Made by a program: the position numbers and the translations under genes. Of a stretch of 64,000 nucleotides of DNA, positions 39,697 through 49,400 are shown one piece after another. The notes beneath the pieces were generated by a model, which saw only the letters and a list, made by a program, of their open reading frames with translations, was not told the origin of the DNA and searched no databases. The DNA is taken from contig DATJYX010000131.1 of the NCBI GenBank assembly GCA_035577965.1, positions 14,629 through 78,628 on the forward strand, read 5' to 3'. Each line of letters starts with the position of its first letter. Position 1 is the stretch's first letter. The stretch is from Vicinamibacteria bacterium. GTDB lineage: Bacteria; Acidobacteriota; Vicinamibacteria; Fen-336.

Positions 39697-41385
39697 ACGC
39701 GCGCCCTCCTCGTCCTCGCCCTTCTCGCAAGCCTCGGCGCGTCCCCGCCCGCCGCGCCGCCCTGCGACCTCCTCTTCGCGGGCGGCCGCGTGGTGGACGG
39801 GACCGGCGCGCCGTGGTTCCGGGCCGACGTGTGCGTGGTCGGGGACCGCATCGCGGCGGTCGGCGCGCTCGCCGGCGCTGCGGCGCGACGGCGCATTCCC
39901 GCGGAGAGGCTCGTGATCGCCCCCGGCTTCATCGACATGCTGGGGCAGTCGGAGTACAACGTGCTCGTCGATCCCCGCGCCGCGAGCAAGATCACCCAGG
40001 GCATCACGACCGAGATCACGGGCGAGGGGACGTCGATCGCCCCCACCAACCCCCGGATCCTCGCCGAGAGCCGGGAGGTCTTCGCGCGCTACGGAGTCAC
40101 TCCGGACTTCACGACCCTGGCCGGATACTGGAAGGCCTTCGCCCGCGCGCGGCCGACGATCAACCTCGGGACGTTCGTGGGGGCGGGAGGCGTCCGCAAC
40201 CTCGTCGTGGGCGAGAGCGACCGGCCGGCGACCCCGGACGAGCTCCGTCAGATGGAGGCGGCGGTGGCCCAGGCCATGGAGGAGGGGGCCTTCGGGCTCT
40301 CGACCTCCCTCCAGTACGTCCCCGACCGCTTCGCCTCGGCCGAGGAGATCGTCGCCCTCGCGAGGGTCGCCCGCCGCTACGGCGGCTCCTACATCACTCA
40401 CCAGCGCTCGGAGTCCGCGGAGATCGACGCGAGCCTGGACGAGGTCTTCCGGGTCGCCCGCGAGGCTGCGATCCCCGCCCAGATCTACCACCTCAAGACC
40501 TCGGGCAAGCCGAACTGGGGCCGGATGGCGGCCGTGCTGAAGCGCATCGAGGACGCGCGCTCCCGGGGGCTCGACGTCTCCGCCGACCAGTACCCCTACG
40601 TCGCCGGCCAGAACGGGCTCGACGCCAACCTGCCGGTGTGGGTGCGCGACGGCGGCCGCGACGCGATGATCGAGCGGCTCAAGGACCCCGGGGTCCGCGC
40701 GCGGGTGAAGGCCGACCTCGCCCGCGACGACCCGTCGTGGGAGAACCAGTACCTGGGCGCGGGCGGGCCGGCGGGAGTCCTCGTCGTGAGCGTCGTGAAC
40801 CCCGCGCTCAAGAAGTACGAGGGCCGGACGCTCGAGGAGATCGGCAAGGACGAGGGCAAGGACCCGGTGGACGTGATCATGGACCTCGTGATCGCCGATC
40901 GCGCGAACACGTCCAACGTCATCTTCGTCATGAGCGAGGACGACGTGCGCCTCGCCCTGAAGCACCCGCTCGTCTCGCTGTGCACGGACTCGGGGGCGGT
41001 CGCGACCGACGGGATCTTCTCGCAGGAGCGCTCGCACCCGCGGGCCTGGGGCTCGGCGGCCCGGATCCTCGGCCGCTACGTTCGCGAGGAGCGGCTCCTG
41101 CCCCTGGAGGAGGCGGTCCGCAAGATGACGTCCTTGCCCGCCTCCCGGATGGGGCTCGTGGAGCGGGGGATCGTGCGGCCGGGGATGCTCGCCGATCTCG
41201 TCGCCTTCGATCCGGACACCATCCGGGACAAGGCGACCTACGAGAATCCGCTCCAGTACAGCGAGGGCATCCCGTTCGTGGCCGTGAACGGCCAGCTCGT
41301 GGTGGACGAAGGGCGGATCACGGACGCCCGCCCCGGCCGGCCGCTCCTCGGCCCCGGGTATCGCGCCTCGGAGCCCGGCCGCTGA
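39697..41385 (+). CDS. N-acyl-D-amino-acid deacylase (D-aminoacylase) family amidohydrolase, secreted
   Basis: Signal peptide, DLLFAGGRVVDGTG...VVGDRIAAVG, GFIDMLGQSE, metal-dependent amidohydrolase domains. Confidence 0.75.
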   Translation, partial: TRALLVLALLASLGASPPAAPPCDLLFAGGRVVDGTGAPWFRADVCVVGDRIAAVGALAGAAARRRIPAERLVIAPGFIDMLGQSEYNVLVDPRAASKITQGITTEITGEGTSIAPTNPRILAESREVFARYGVTPDFTTLAGYWKAFARARPTINLGTFVGAGGVRNLVVGESDRPATPDELRQMEAAVAQAMEEGAFGLSTSLQYVPDRFASAEEIVALARVARRYGGSYITHQRSESAEIDASLDEVFRVAREAAIPAQIYHLKTSGKPNWGRMAAVLKRIEDARSRGLDVSADQYPYVAGQNGLDANLPVWVRDGGRDAMIERLKDPGVRARVKADLARDDPSWENQYLGAGGPAGVLVVSVVNPALKKYEGRTLEEIGKDEGKDPVDVIMDLVIADRANTSNVIFVMSEDDVRLALKHPLVSLCTDSGAVATDGIFSQERSHPRAWGSAARILGRYVREERLLPLEEAVRKMTSLPASRMGLVERGIVRPGMLADLVAFDPDTIRDKATYENPLQYSEGIPFVAVNGQLVVDEGRITDARPGRPLLGPGYRASEPGR

Positions 41386-41421
41386 GGGGAAGGCGGCGGC
41401 AGGGCGCGCCGCGCGGCCTCG

Positions 41422-41754
41422 TCACCCCCTCGCCTGCACCAGCATCTCGCGCAGGGTGTCGACGGACGCGCGGAGGAGATCGACCACCTGAAAGCTGGCG
41501 GCGAGCGTTCCGGCGCTGAGCTGGGCGAGGATCTCCCCGACCTGGCCCAGGACCTCGGCCGGGCCCTTCAGGCCGAGGGTCGCGGCATGGCCTTCGACGA
41601 TGCGCGCGAGGCGGAGGAGGGCCCTGAGCGCGTCGGTGTCGTTCGGGCGATGCTCGAGCCTCGCGAGGGCCTCCTGCATGGCCGCGAGCCCCTTCCGGGA
41701 CTCCTCGAGCAGGAGGCCGGTGAGAGCGTCCCTGTCGGCGTCGTGTCCTCGCAT
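41422..41754 (-). CDS. Hpt (histidine phosphotransfer) domain protein
   Basis: 111 aa all-helical; LRLARIVEGHAATLGLKG carries an Hpt-like H-containing motif. Immediately downstream of the receiver gene. Confidence 0.55.
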   Translation of the reverse strand: MRGHDADRDALTGLLLEESRKGLAAMQEALARLEHRPNDTDALRALLRLARIVEGHAATLGLKGPAEVLGQVGEILAQLSAGTLAASFQVVDLLRASVDTLREMLVQARG

Positions 41755-41756
41755 CT

Positions 41757-42158
41757 TCACTGGCCGCGCTCGCGCGCCGCACGCTCGGTCAGGATGAGGC
41801 CCAGGTGGGCCACGTCCTTGAGCGACTGCGGCTTGCGGAGGATGCCGTCCGCCCCGAGGGCCCGGGCCTCGGCCTCCACCTCGGGCGAGACGTAGGCGCT
41901 CAGCACGATGACGCTCGTCGGGTGGCGCCTTTGCCTCACCTCGCGGAGGACCTCGAGTCCCCCCGTCTCTCCGAACGGGCCGACCCGGAGGTCGAGGATC
42001 GCGAGGTCGTAGTGCCGGCCGCGGACGAGGGCCAAGGCCTCGTCCGCCTCCCGCGTCACGTCGACGGTGAACCCGAGCGCGCTGAAGTACGCGGCGGTCG
42101 GCACGAGGATCGCCTCCTCGTCGTCGAGGAGCAGGAGGTGCCCCTTCGCGTCCACGCT
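41757..42158 (-). CDS. single-domain response regulator (CheY-like receiver)
   Basis: GTG start 9 nt after GGAGGAA. LLLLDDEE...YDLAILDLRV...VIVLSAY...GADGILRKP receiver motifs. Confidence 0.75.
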   Translation of the reverse strand, partial: SVDAKGHLLLLDDEEAILVPTAAYFSALGFTVDVTREADEALALVRGRHYDLAILDLRVGPFGETGGLEVLREVRQRRHPTSVIVLSAYVSPEVEAEARALGADGILRKPQSLKDVAHLGLILTERAARERGQ

Positions 42159-42322
42159 CGTTCGTTCCTCCCTTTCTCCCGCGTACCGGCAAGACGGGTG
42201 CCAGGGACCTGGCCCTCCGGAAGTCCTCCCTGGAAAGGACTTGGCGCACGCGCCGAGCCGAGAGCGCCGGTGACTCTTCCGGCCGGCGGGACGGCTGTCC
42301 GGAAAGGCGGAAAGGACCGGCC

Positions 42323-43681
42323 TCAGCCGGACGTCGGCCTGCCCACGTCGAGGCCGAGCTTGCGGATCCGCTCGTAGAGGGCGCTGCGGGAGAGGCCGAG
42401 CACCGCGGCGGCCCGCGAGACGGCGCCCCGCTCCTCCCGCAGCACGGCCTCGATGTGCCGCCGCTCCGCCTCCGCGAGGGTGAGGCGCGTACCGCGCCGG
42501 TCGGGGGCGAGCGCCGCCGGGCTCTCGCCCAGGTCCGAGGGCTCGAGCGAAGTCCGGTCGCTGAGCAGCAGGGCGCGCTCGAGCACGTTGCGGAGCTCGC
42601 GGACGTTGCCGGGCCACGCCCGTGCGGAGAGCGTCGACTCAGCCGCGGCCGAGAGACGCACGCCGCCACGCCCGAGCTCCGCGCCGATCGTCTCCACCAG
42701 CCGGCGCGCCAGGAGCACCACGTCGTGACCGCGCTCGCGCAGGGGCGGCATGGCGAGCGGGAGCACGCTGAGGCGGAAGTACAGGTCCTCGCGGAACTTC
42801 CCCTCCTTCACGAGGAGGCCGAGGTCCTGGTGTGTCGCGGCGATCAGGCGGACGTCCACCTGGCGGTCCCGGACGTCGCCCAGGCGGCGGAAGCGGAGGT
42901 CCTCCACCACCTTGAGGAGCTTGGCCTGCACCCGCAGGTCCACGTCGCCGACCTCGTCGAGGAACGCGGTGCCGCGGTGGGCGATCTCCAGGAGGCCCGG
43001 CTTGGCCGCGACCGCCCCCGTGAAGGCTCCCTTCTCGTGGCCGAAGAGCTCGCTCTCCAGCAGCTCGCTGGAGAGCCCTGCGCAGTTGAGATCCACGAAC
43101 GGCCCGTCGGCGCGGGGGCTGTTCTGATGGAGCCAGCGCGCGAGGACGCCCTTGCCCGTGCCCGTCTCGCCCCGGATCAGGATAGGGAGCGCCGTCGTCG
43201 CCACGCGCGCCGCTTCGGAAGCGAGCCTGCGGATCGTCGGGTCTGCCCCGAAGAAGGGATCGACGGCGTGGCGAGCTTGGGCGGTCTTGCCGGCCAGCGA
43301 CACGCTCCGCATGCGGCTCGCCTCGAGCGCCCGCTCGACGACCACGAGGAGCGCGGGGAGCTCGACCGGCTTCGTCAGGAACTGCTCGGCGCCCTCCTTG
43401 ATCGCCTTCACCGCCAGGTCGATCGTGCCGTAGCCGGTCAGCAGCACCACGGGCACCGACGGGTCCTGGGACTTGAGAGCCCGCAGCGCGTCGAGGCCGT
43501 CGCCGTCCGGGAGCGAGAAGTCGACGATCGCGGCGTCCACCGAGTGCACGCCGAGCACCGCCTGGACGGACGCCAGGTCTTCGGCCTGCACCGGAGCGTA
43601 GCCTTTGCTGCTCAGGAACGCGGCGAGAGCGAGGCGCACGTCCTCGTCGTCGTCGACGACCAGGATCTTGCGCTCAGCCAC
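42323..43681 (-). CDS. sigma-54-dependent Fis-family response regulator (NtrC-like: receiver, AAA+, HTH)
   Basis: KILVVDDDED receiver, GETGTGKGVLARWLH Walker A, GAFTGA motif, C-terminal HTH. Confidence 0.85.
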   Translation of the reverse strand: MAERKILVVDDDEDVRLALAAFLSSKGYAPVQAEDLASVQAVLGVHSVDAAIVDFSLPDGDGLDALRALKSQDPSVPVVLLTGYGTIDLAVKAIKEGAEQFLTKPVELPALLVVVERALEASRMRSVSLAGKTAQARHAVDPFFGADPTIRRLASEAARVATTALPILIRGETGTGKGVLARWLHQNSPRADGPFVDLNCAGLSSELLESELFGHEKGAFTGAVAAKPGLLEIAHRGTAFLDEVGDVDLRVQAKLLKVVEDLRFRRLGDVRDRQVDVRLIAATHQDLGLLVKEGKFREDLYFRLSVLPLAMPPLRERGHDVVLLARRLVETIGAELGRGGVRLSAAAESTLSARAWPGNVRELRNVLERALLLSDRTSLEPSDLGESPAALAPDRRGTRLTLAEAERRHIEAVLREERGAVSRAAAVLGLSRSALYERIRKLGLDVGRPTSG

Positions 43682-44082
43682 GGGCGCCCGATTCGCCGGA
43701 CCGCGGCGCAGGGTGCGCGATCGGCGCGCGCGTCGCGGCTCTCGATCGGCGACCCGGCCGGATCCAGCTTCGGCCGTTCGTCGTGCGCCCCGTCCGGGGC
43801 ACGCTCGATGCGCGCGACCCCCTCGCCGCGCCCGGAGGGAGGGTCCCGGAGCGTCCGACCTCGTCGCGGGCGTCGTCGGGCCTGCGGCCCATGGCCTCGG
43901 TTAGTCTAATCCTCGCCTCGTCACCGCGTCGAGGACGGAGATGCTCGACGCTCCGCCCCTCGGCGAGCGGTCGTGGCCTCTCCGGGAACTTGGAAGCCCG
44001 TCCGGCGGACGGGACGATCCTGGAAGTCGCCAGCCCCTCGCAGGTCGTTCCCGGAAAAGGCATTTGACGGCCTTCACCACGC

Positions 44083-44097
44083 TGGCACCGGTCTTGC
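44083..44097 (+). promoter_or_regulatory. sigma-54 (-24/-12) promoter: TGGCAC-N5-TTGC
   Basis: cTGGCACcggtcTTGCt lies ~30 bp upstream of the 44125 ORF and is divergent from the NtrC-like activator. Confidence 0.5.
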
Positions 44098-44124
44098 TCG
44101 AAAGGGGCCCGCTGGAGGGCACAC

Positions 44125-44706
44125 ATGCAGTTCGAAGCCTTCGCCACGAACGTCGAAGTGAACGGCGAGACCGTGTGGTCGATCGTCGACGGCATGGGCG
44201 CGTTCCGCCAGACCGCCCTGAACATCCTCGCCGAGCACGGGATCGTCGATCCCCGGCCGGGACAGTGGTACTCGCAGCAGTCCTGGCTCGAGGCGTTCCG
44301 GACGATCTCCGACCGGGTCGGAGGCAACACGCTCTATGCGATCGGGCGCAAGATCCCGGAGAACGCGCAGTTCCCTCCCCAGATCACCGACATCCGCGCC
44401 GCTCTGCGATCGATCGACGTCGCGTACCACATGAACCACCGCCGCGGGGGCGAGGTCCTCTTCGACCCGGCGACGGGCAGGATGCTCGAGGGAATCGGCC
44501 ACTACCGCTACGAGGAGGCGGACGAGCGCCGGCTGCGCGTCATCGGCGTCAACCCGTATCCCTGCGAGTTCGATCGCGGCATCGTCACCGCGGTCGCCGG
44601 CCGCTTCCGGCCCGCCGGCGTCCCCTTCCTCGACGTCGTCCACCGCGACGACCAGCCGTGCCGCCGCAGGAAGGGGGAGTCCTGCACCTACGAGGTCGCA
44701 TGGTAG
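44125..44706 (+). CDS. hypothetical protein (193 aa)
   Basis: Coding-like ORF; no family recognised. C-terminal Cys cluster (YPCEF...DQPCRRRKGESCTYE). Confidence 0.45.
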   Translation: MQFEAFATNVEVNGETVWSIVDGMGAFRQTALNILAEHGIVDPRPGQWYSQQSWLEAFRTISDRVGGNTLYAIGRKIPENAQFPPQITDIRAALRSIDVAYHMNHRRGGEVLFDPATGRMLEGIGHYRYEEADERRLRVIGVNPYPCEFDRGIVTAVAGRFRPAGVPFLDVVHRDDQPCRRRKGESCTYEVAW

Positions 44707-44773
44707 GAGAGGGGCGGGACCGTGCCCAGGGGCGTCGTCGGTCCACGAGGAGCCGCGGCGCGAGCGAGGAGCG

Positions 44774-46480
44774 GTGAGCGAGATCCTCGCCGAGATCCGG
44801 CTGGCCGCGTCGGTCTTCGAGAACAGCCCGGAGGGCATCGTCATCACCGACGCGCGCAACAAGGTCGTGCGCGTGAACCGCGCCTTCACCGAGATCACCG
44901 GCTACTCGCCGGAGGAGGTCGTGGGCCGCGACCCCGGGCTGCTGAAGTCGGGCCGCCACGGACCCGAGTTCTACGCCGCCATGTGGCGCTCGATCGGCCT
45001 CACCGGCCAGTGGCGGGGCGAGATCTGGAACCGGCGCCGGTCGGGTGAGGTCTACCCCGAGTGGCTGTCGATCACGACCGTCCGGCAAGCCGACGGCCGG
45101 TTGGCCCACTACGTCGGGACCTTCTCGGACGTGACCGAGAGGAAGCGCGTCGAGGAGGAGAGAGCGCGCTTCGCCCTCGCCGACCCGCTCACCGGGCTCG
45201 TCAACCGTGCCTTCTTCCAGGAGAGCCTCCGGCGGGCGATCGGCCGCGCCCTGGACGCCAAGCGGACGGTCGGTCTCCTCCTCCTGGACCTCGTCCGGTT
45301 CGGAAAGGTGAACGCCGCCTTCGGCTTCGCCGCCGGCGATGCGGTGCTGGCCGCGGTGGCCGAGAGGCTGGGGACCCGCGTCGGGGAACGAGGCGTGGTG
45401 GGCCGCTGGTACGGCGACGAGTTTGCCGTGCTCCTCCCGCTCGCCCACCCGCCGGACGACGAGCGGAAGACGGCGGCCGCGATCGCGGACCTTCTGGAGG
45501 AGATCCGCACCTCGCTCGCGCCCCCCGTCCCCGCCCAGGGGCGTCCGGTCCACGTCCAGGCCTGCTACGGCGTCGCGGTCTGCCCCCGCGACGCGCGGGA
45601 CGTCTCCGGGCTCCTCTTCAGCGCCGAGACCGCCCTGCGGCAGGCGAAGGCCCGGGGGCCGGACGCCTTCTGCTTCCACACCCCGGGGATGGACGCCGAG
45701 GTGCGCGAGCACATGCTGCTCGAGGAGGAGATCCGGGCCGCGATCGCGGGGCGCCAGATCCAGGTGCACTATCAGCCCCTGGTCGACGTGGACAGCGGGA
45801 CGGTCCCGGGGGTGGAGGCCCTGCTGCGCTGGCGGAACCCGCGCACGGGCGACGTGCCGCCTCCGCTCGCGGTCTCGGTCGCGGAGCGCGGCGGGATGAT
45901 CGGCGCCCTCGGCCGCCTGACCCTCGAGAAGGCCTGCGAGGACCTCGCCCGCTGGCGCCTCGACGGCCTCTCTCTGCAGCGCGTGGCGGTCAACGTGTCG
46001 AGCCAGCAGCTTCTCGACGCCGCCTTCGTGCCGACGCTCCGCGAGGTGCTCGGGGGCTGCGGGCTCGAGGGCCGGGACCTGGAGCTCGAGATCACGGAGT
46101 CGATGCTGGTCGACCCCGGCGCGACGATCGCCGGCCTCCTGAAGGGGATCCGGGAGCTGGGCGTGCGGGTCTCGGTGGACGACTTCGGCACGGGATTCTC
46201 CGCCCTCTCCTACCTGAAGCGCCTGCCCGTCGACACGCTCAAGATCGACCGGTCGTTCGTGAGCGGCCTCCCCGGTGACCCGAGCGACGTGGCGATCACC
46301 CGGACGATCCTCTCCCTGGCCGCGAACCTGAAGCTGGGGACGATCGCCGAGGGCGTGGAGAGCGTGGCCCAGGCCCGCTTCCTCGCCCTGCACGGCTGCA
46401 GCGAGCTCCAGGGCAACCTGTACGGGGCGGCGGTTCCCGCGGCCGACATCCCCGATCTCGTGCGCCGGCTGAGCGATTGA
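44774..46480 (+). CDS. PAS-GGDEF-EAL signalling protein (diguanylate cyclase/phosphodiesterase)
   Basis: PAS (ITDARNKVVRVNRAFTEITGY), degenerate GGDEF region (RWYGDEFAV), EAL domain (VEALLRW, DDFGTGFS, LKIDRSFV). Confidence 0.85.
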   Translation: MSEILAEIRLAASVFENSPEGIVITDARNKVVRVNRAFTEITGYSPEEVVGRDPGLLKSGRHGPEFYAAMWRSIGLTGQWRGEIWNRRRSGEVYPEWLSITTVRQADGRLAHYVGTFSDVTERKRVEEERARFALADPLTGLVNRAFFQESLRRAIGRALDAKRTVGLLLLDLVRFGKVNAAFGFAAGDAVLAAVAERLGTRVGERGVVGRWYGDEFAVLLPLAHPPDDERKTAAAIADLLEEIRTSLAPPVPAQGRPVHVQACYGVAVCPRDARDVSGLLFSAETALRQAKARGPDAFCFHTPGMDAEVREHMLLEEEIRAAIAGRQIQVHYQPLVDVDSGTVPGVEALLRWRNPRTGDVPPPLAVSVAERGGMIGALGRLTLEKACEDLARWRLDGLSLQRVAVNVSSQQLLDAAFVPTLREVLGGCGLEGRDLELEITESMLVDPGATIAGLLKGIRELGVRVSVDDFGTGFSALSYLKRLPVDTLKIDRSFVSGLPGDPSDVAITRTILSLAANLKLGTIAEGVESVAQARFLALHGCSELQGNLYGAAVPAADIPDLVRRLSD

Positions 46481-46558
46481 CCTCGACCCGGGCGCCCGCC
46501 GCCGGACGCAGCATGGCCGCAGGAGTGCGATGATGCTCCGCCACGGAGGGCGGGCCTC

Positions 46559-47677
46559 ATGGAAACGGGAGTCTGTCGCTGGGGAATCCTCGGGACCGCC
46601 GGCATCGCCCGGAAGAACTGGCAGGCCATCGCGCGGTCCGGCAACGCGACCCTGACCGCGGTCGCCAGCCGCCTCCGAGACCGCAGCCGGAGCTTCGTCG
46701 CCGCGTGCCAGGGCGCCTGCCCGATGCCGACCGCGCCCACGGCCCTCGGCAGCTACGACGAGCTGCTGGCGCGGGAGGACGTCGACGCGGTGTACGTCCC
46801 GCTCCCCACCGGGGTGCGGAAGGAATGGGTCCTCAAGGCCGCGGAGGCCGGCAAGCACGTCCTCGTCGAGAAGCCGGTCGGGGTCACCGCCGCCGACGTC
46901 CGTGAGATGCTCGCCGCCTGCGACCGCAGTCGCGTGCAGTTCATGGACGGCGTGATGTTCATGCACAGCCGAAGGCTCGAGGCCCTGCGCCGGACGCTCG
47001 ACGACGGCGAGAGCGTCGGCCGCATCCGCCGCATCGCGGCCCAGTTCAGCTTCCCCGCTCCCGAGGGATTCCTCCAGGAGAACATCCGCGGCGACAGCCG
47101 CCTCGAGCCCGACGGCTGCCTGGGGGACCTCGGCTGGTACACCATCCGCTTCGCCCTGTGGGCGATGAAGTACGAGATGCCGACCGGGGTCACCGCCCGC
47201 CTGCTCGCCGAGGCCGGCCCGTCCGGCCGCGCGGACAAGGTCCCGTTCGAGGTGAGCGGCGAGTTGTCGTTCGCCGGTGGCGTGTCCGCGGCCTTCTACT
47301 GCTCGTTCCTGACCGCGAACGAGCAGTGGGCGTGCGTGAGCGGCACGAAGGGCCTCGTCCACCTCCCCGACTTCGTCCTCCCCTTCTTCGGCGACGAGGT
47401 GCGCTTCGACCTCACCCGGTCCGACTTCCAGGTCGACGGCTGCGACTTCGACATGCTGCGCCGCACCCGGCAGGTCGTCGTCCCCGAGTACGCCAACAGC
47501 CACTCGAGCGCCCAGGAAGCCAACATGTTCCGCGCGTTCTCGACCCTCGTCGTCACCGGCCGCCGAGAGGCCCACTGGGGCGACGTCGCCCTCCGCACGC
47601 AGCTCGTGCTGGACGCGTGCCGGGAGTCCGCGGCCTCGGGCCGGACGGTGGCGATCTCCGGCCCGCCTCCACCCTGA
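46559..47677 (+). CDS. Gfo/Idh/MocA family oxidoreductase
   Basis: N-terminal Rossmann fold (CRWGILGTAGIARKNW), EKP motif (HVLVEKP). Confidence 0.75.
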   Translation: METGVCRWGILGTAGIARKNWQAIARSGNATLTAVASRLRDRSRSFVAACQGACPMPTAPTALGSYDELLAREDVDAVYVPLPTGVRKEWVLKAAEAGKHVLVEKPVGVTAADVREMLAACDRSRVQFMDGVMFMHSRRLEALRRTLDDGESVGRIRRIAAQFSFPAPEGFLQENIRGDSRLEPDGCLGDLGWYTIRFALWAMKYEMPTGVTARLLAEAGPSGRADKVPFEVSGELSFAGGVSAAFYCSFLTANEQWACVSGTKGLVHLPDFVLPFFGDEVRFDLTRSDFQVDGCDFDMLRRTRQVVVPEYANSHSSAQEANMFRAFSTLVVTGRREAHWGDVALRTQLVLDACRESAASGRTVAISGPPPP

Positions 47678-47741
47678 GAGAGGGAGCCCTCTTCCTCGCC
47701 CCGTGGCATGTCGGGCGCGAGGGCCGGAGCGCGTCTCGGGC

Positions 47742-48191
47742 TCAGCTCAGGCCGCGCGACACGAGATGAAGCCCGAGGGCCTTGTCGCTGACCAGGATAT
47801 GGTCGGTCAGCCACTCCCGAAGAAAGGTGGTCGCCTCGATCGACAGCACGAGCCCCCCCCTTGAGAAGCGGTCCATCAGGTCGCCGACCCGCCGGGTGAA
47901 GTCCGCGTGCTGCGCCCGGTGCTCCTTCGAGTCCGGAAACCGGGCGAGCGCCATGAGACGCTCCTCGGTCGCGAAGTGGTAGCGCGTGTATTCGACGAGG
48001 CCCTTCAGCAGCTCCCCGAGCGCCTGCTTGGCGGGCCTCCTGCCGTCGAGCGCCGCGTAGAACGCGGAGACCATCTCGATCAGGCGACGGTGCTGGCCGT
48101 CGATCTCCGACACTCCGACCAGGAACCGGTCGCTCCACGCGAACGGCCCTCCAGCCGCCGGCGACGCCTCACGATCGGTCCCCTCGGTCAC
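47742..48191 (-). CDS. hemerythrin-like metal-binding protein (bacteriohemerythrin)
   Basis: W..SDRFLVGVSEIDGQHRRLIEMV, HFATEE, H..QHADF His/Glu ligand pattern. Confidence 0.75.
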   Translation of the reverse strand: MTEGTDREASPAAGGPFAWSDRFLVGVSEIDGQHRRLIEMVSAFYAALDGRRPAKQALGELLKGLVEYTRYHFATEERLMALARFPDSKEHRAQHADFTRRVGDLMDRFSRGGLVLSIEATTFLREWLTDHILVSDKALGLHLVSRGLS

Positions 48192-48467
48192 GCTCTCCCC
48201 TCCCTACGACCGCGACGATACCAGAGGCGAGGCGACTGCGCGATTCTTCACGGCGGCAAGGGTGAGCATTGCCGCGTCGACCGACACGAACGCGGTCTCG
48301 GCCATCGTCGGCAAGGCCCGTTCCCGGACGGGACGATCGAGCTCGGCCACGTCCTTCACCGCCGACACCGGCCGAGTGTCATCTCTCTTCTGAGGCCGGA
48401 GGCTCCCGGGCATCGCTCCCGCCTCGAGCCGGTATGATGTGCGGACGAGGCTAGCGCGAGGGCCCTG

Positions 48468-49316
48468 ATGAGCCTGCCCGCCCGGATGTCCGTCCAACTC
48501 GGCTCCGTGCAGGAGTCGATGCTGGTCCCGCTCTACGCCCGCGCGGTCGAGACGCAGAGACGACACCCGATCCTGAAAGACCCGAAGGCGGTCGAGATGG
48601 TCGCGGCGATCGACTGGGACTTTCGGCGATTCGGGCAACGGAGTCGGACCGCGGGGTGCGCGCTGCGCAGCGCGCTGCTCGACGAGTGGGTCGCCGCCTT
48701 TCTGAGCCGGCACCCAGAGGGCACGGTGGTCGAGATCGGCGCCGGGCTCAACACTCGCTTCGAGCGGCTCGACAATGGCGCCGTTCGCTGGTTCGACCTC
48801 GATCTGCCGGACGTCGTCGCGCTGCGACGACGGTTCTTCGCCGACCGCGACCGGCGCCGGACTCTGGCCTGCTCGATCGTAGAGTCGAATTGGGTCGCCG
48901 CGGTGGGTCAGAGCCCCGGACCGCACTACTTCGTCGCGGAGACCGTGTTCGTCTACTTGACGGAGCAGGACGTGAAGGCAGCGCTGGCTCGGATCGCCGG
49001 CAACTTCCCGGAGGCGATGATCGCCTTCGACACGGTCGGCCCCAGGGCGATCGCGCACACGAACAAGGACCACGAGCGCCTGAACCTGGACGCTCGTTTC
49101 GTGTGGGCATGCCCGGATCCGACGGAGATCGAGGGCTGGGGGCTCGGTCTGCGCCTCGTGGAGTCCCTGAGGCTGACCGACATCCCCGCATCGCTGTGGT
49201 CGCGCCTGCCCTGGCCGATGCGCGCCGGCTTTCGCGCGGTGTCCGCTCTGGTTCCGGGGATCGCGGACGTCTACCGCTTCAACCTGTTCGCGGGGCCGCT
49301 CGGCACGGGGGGCTGA
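48468..49316 (+). CDS. class I SAM-dependent methyltransferase (LCM/TcmP-like O-methyltransferase family)
   Basis: ILKDPKAVEMV, VVEIGAGLNTRFERL, WFDLDLPDV. Confidence 0.65.
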   Translation: MSLPARMSVQLGSVQESMLVPLYARAVETQRRHPILKDPKAVEMVAAIDWDFRRFGQRSRTAGCALRSALLDEWVAAFLSRHPEGTVVEIGAGLNTRFERLDNGAVRWFDLDLPDVVALRRRFFADRDRRRTLACSIVESNWVAAVGQSPGPHYFVAETVFVYLTEQDVKAALARIAGNFPEAMIAFDTVGPRAIAHTNKDHERLNLDARFVWACPDPTEIEGWGLGLRLVESLRLTDIPASLWSRLPWPMRAGFRAVSALVPGIADVYRFNLFAGPLGTGG

Positions 49317-49400
49317 GGACTCCAGGGCCAATGGGGTCGGGTCGCGCGGGGCGGGCCCTGCCTCATTGTGCGGGATAGAATTCCCCAGCCCGAGTCGCTC

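Noticed and set aside
39636-41519. 627-aa plus-strand ORF overlapping the D-aminoacylase gene in another frame
   Set aside because: Arg/Gly/Pro-rich with no family match. The +1 frame (39697..41385) has clear amidohydrolase motifs.
42455-43909. 484-aa plus-strand ORF
   Set aside because: Antisense to the sigma-54-dependent regulator, which has Walker A, GAFTGA and HTH motifs.
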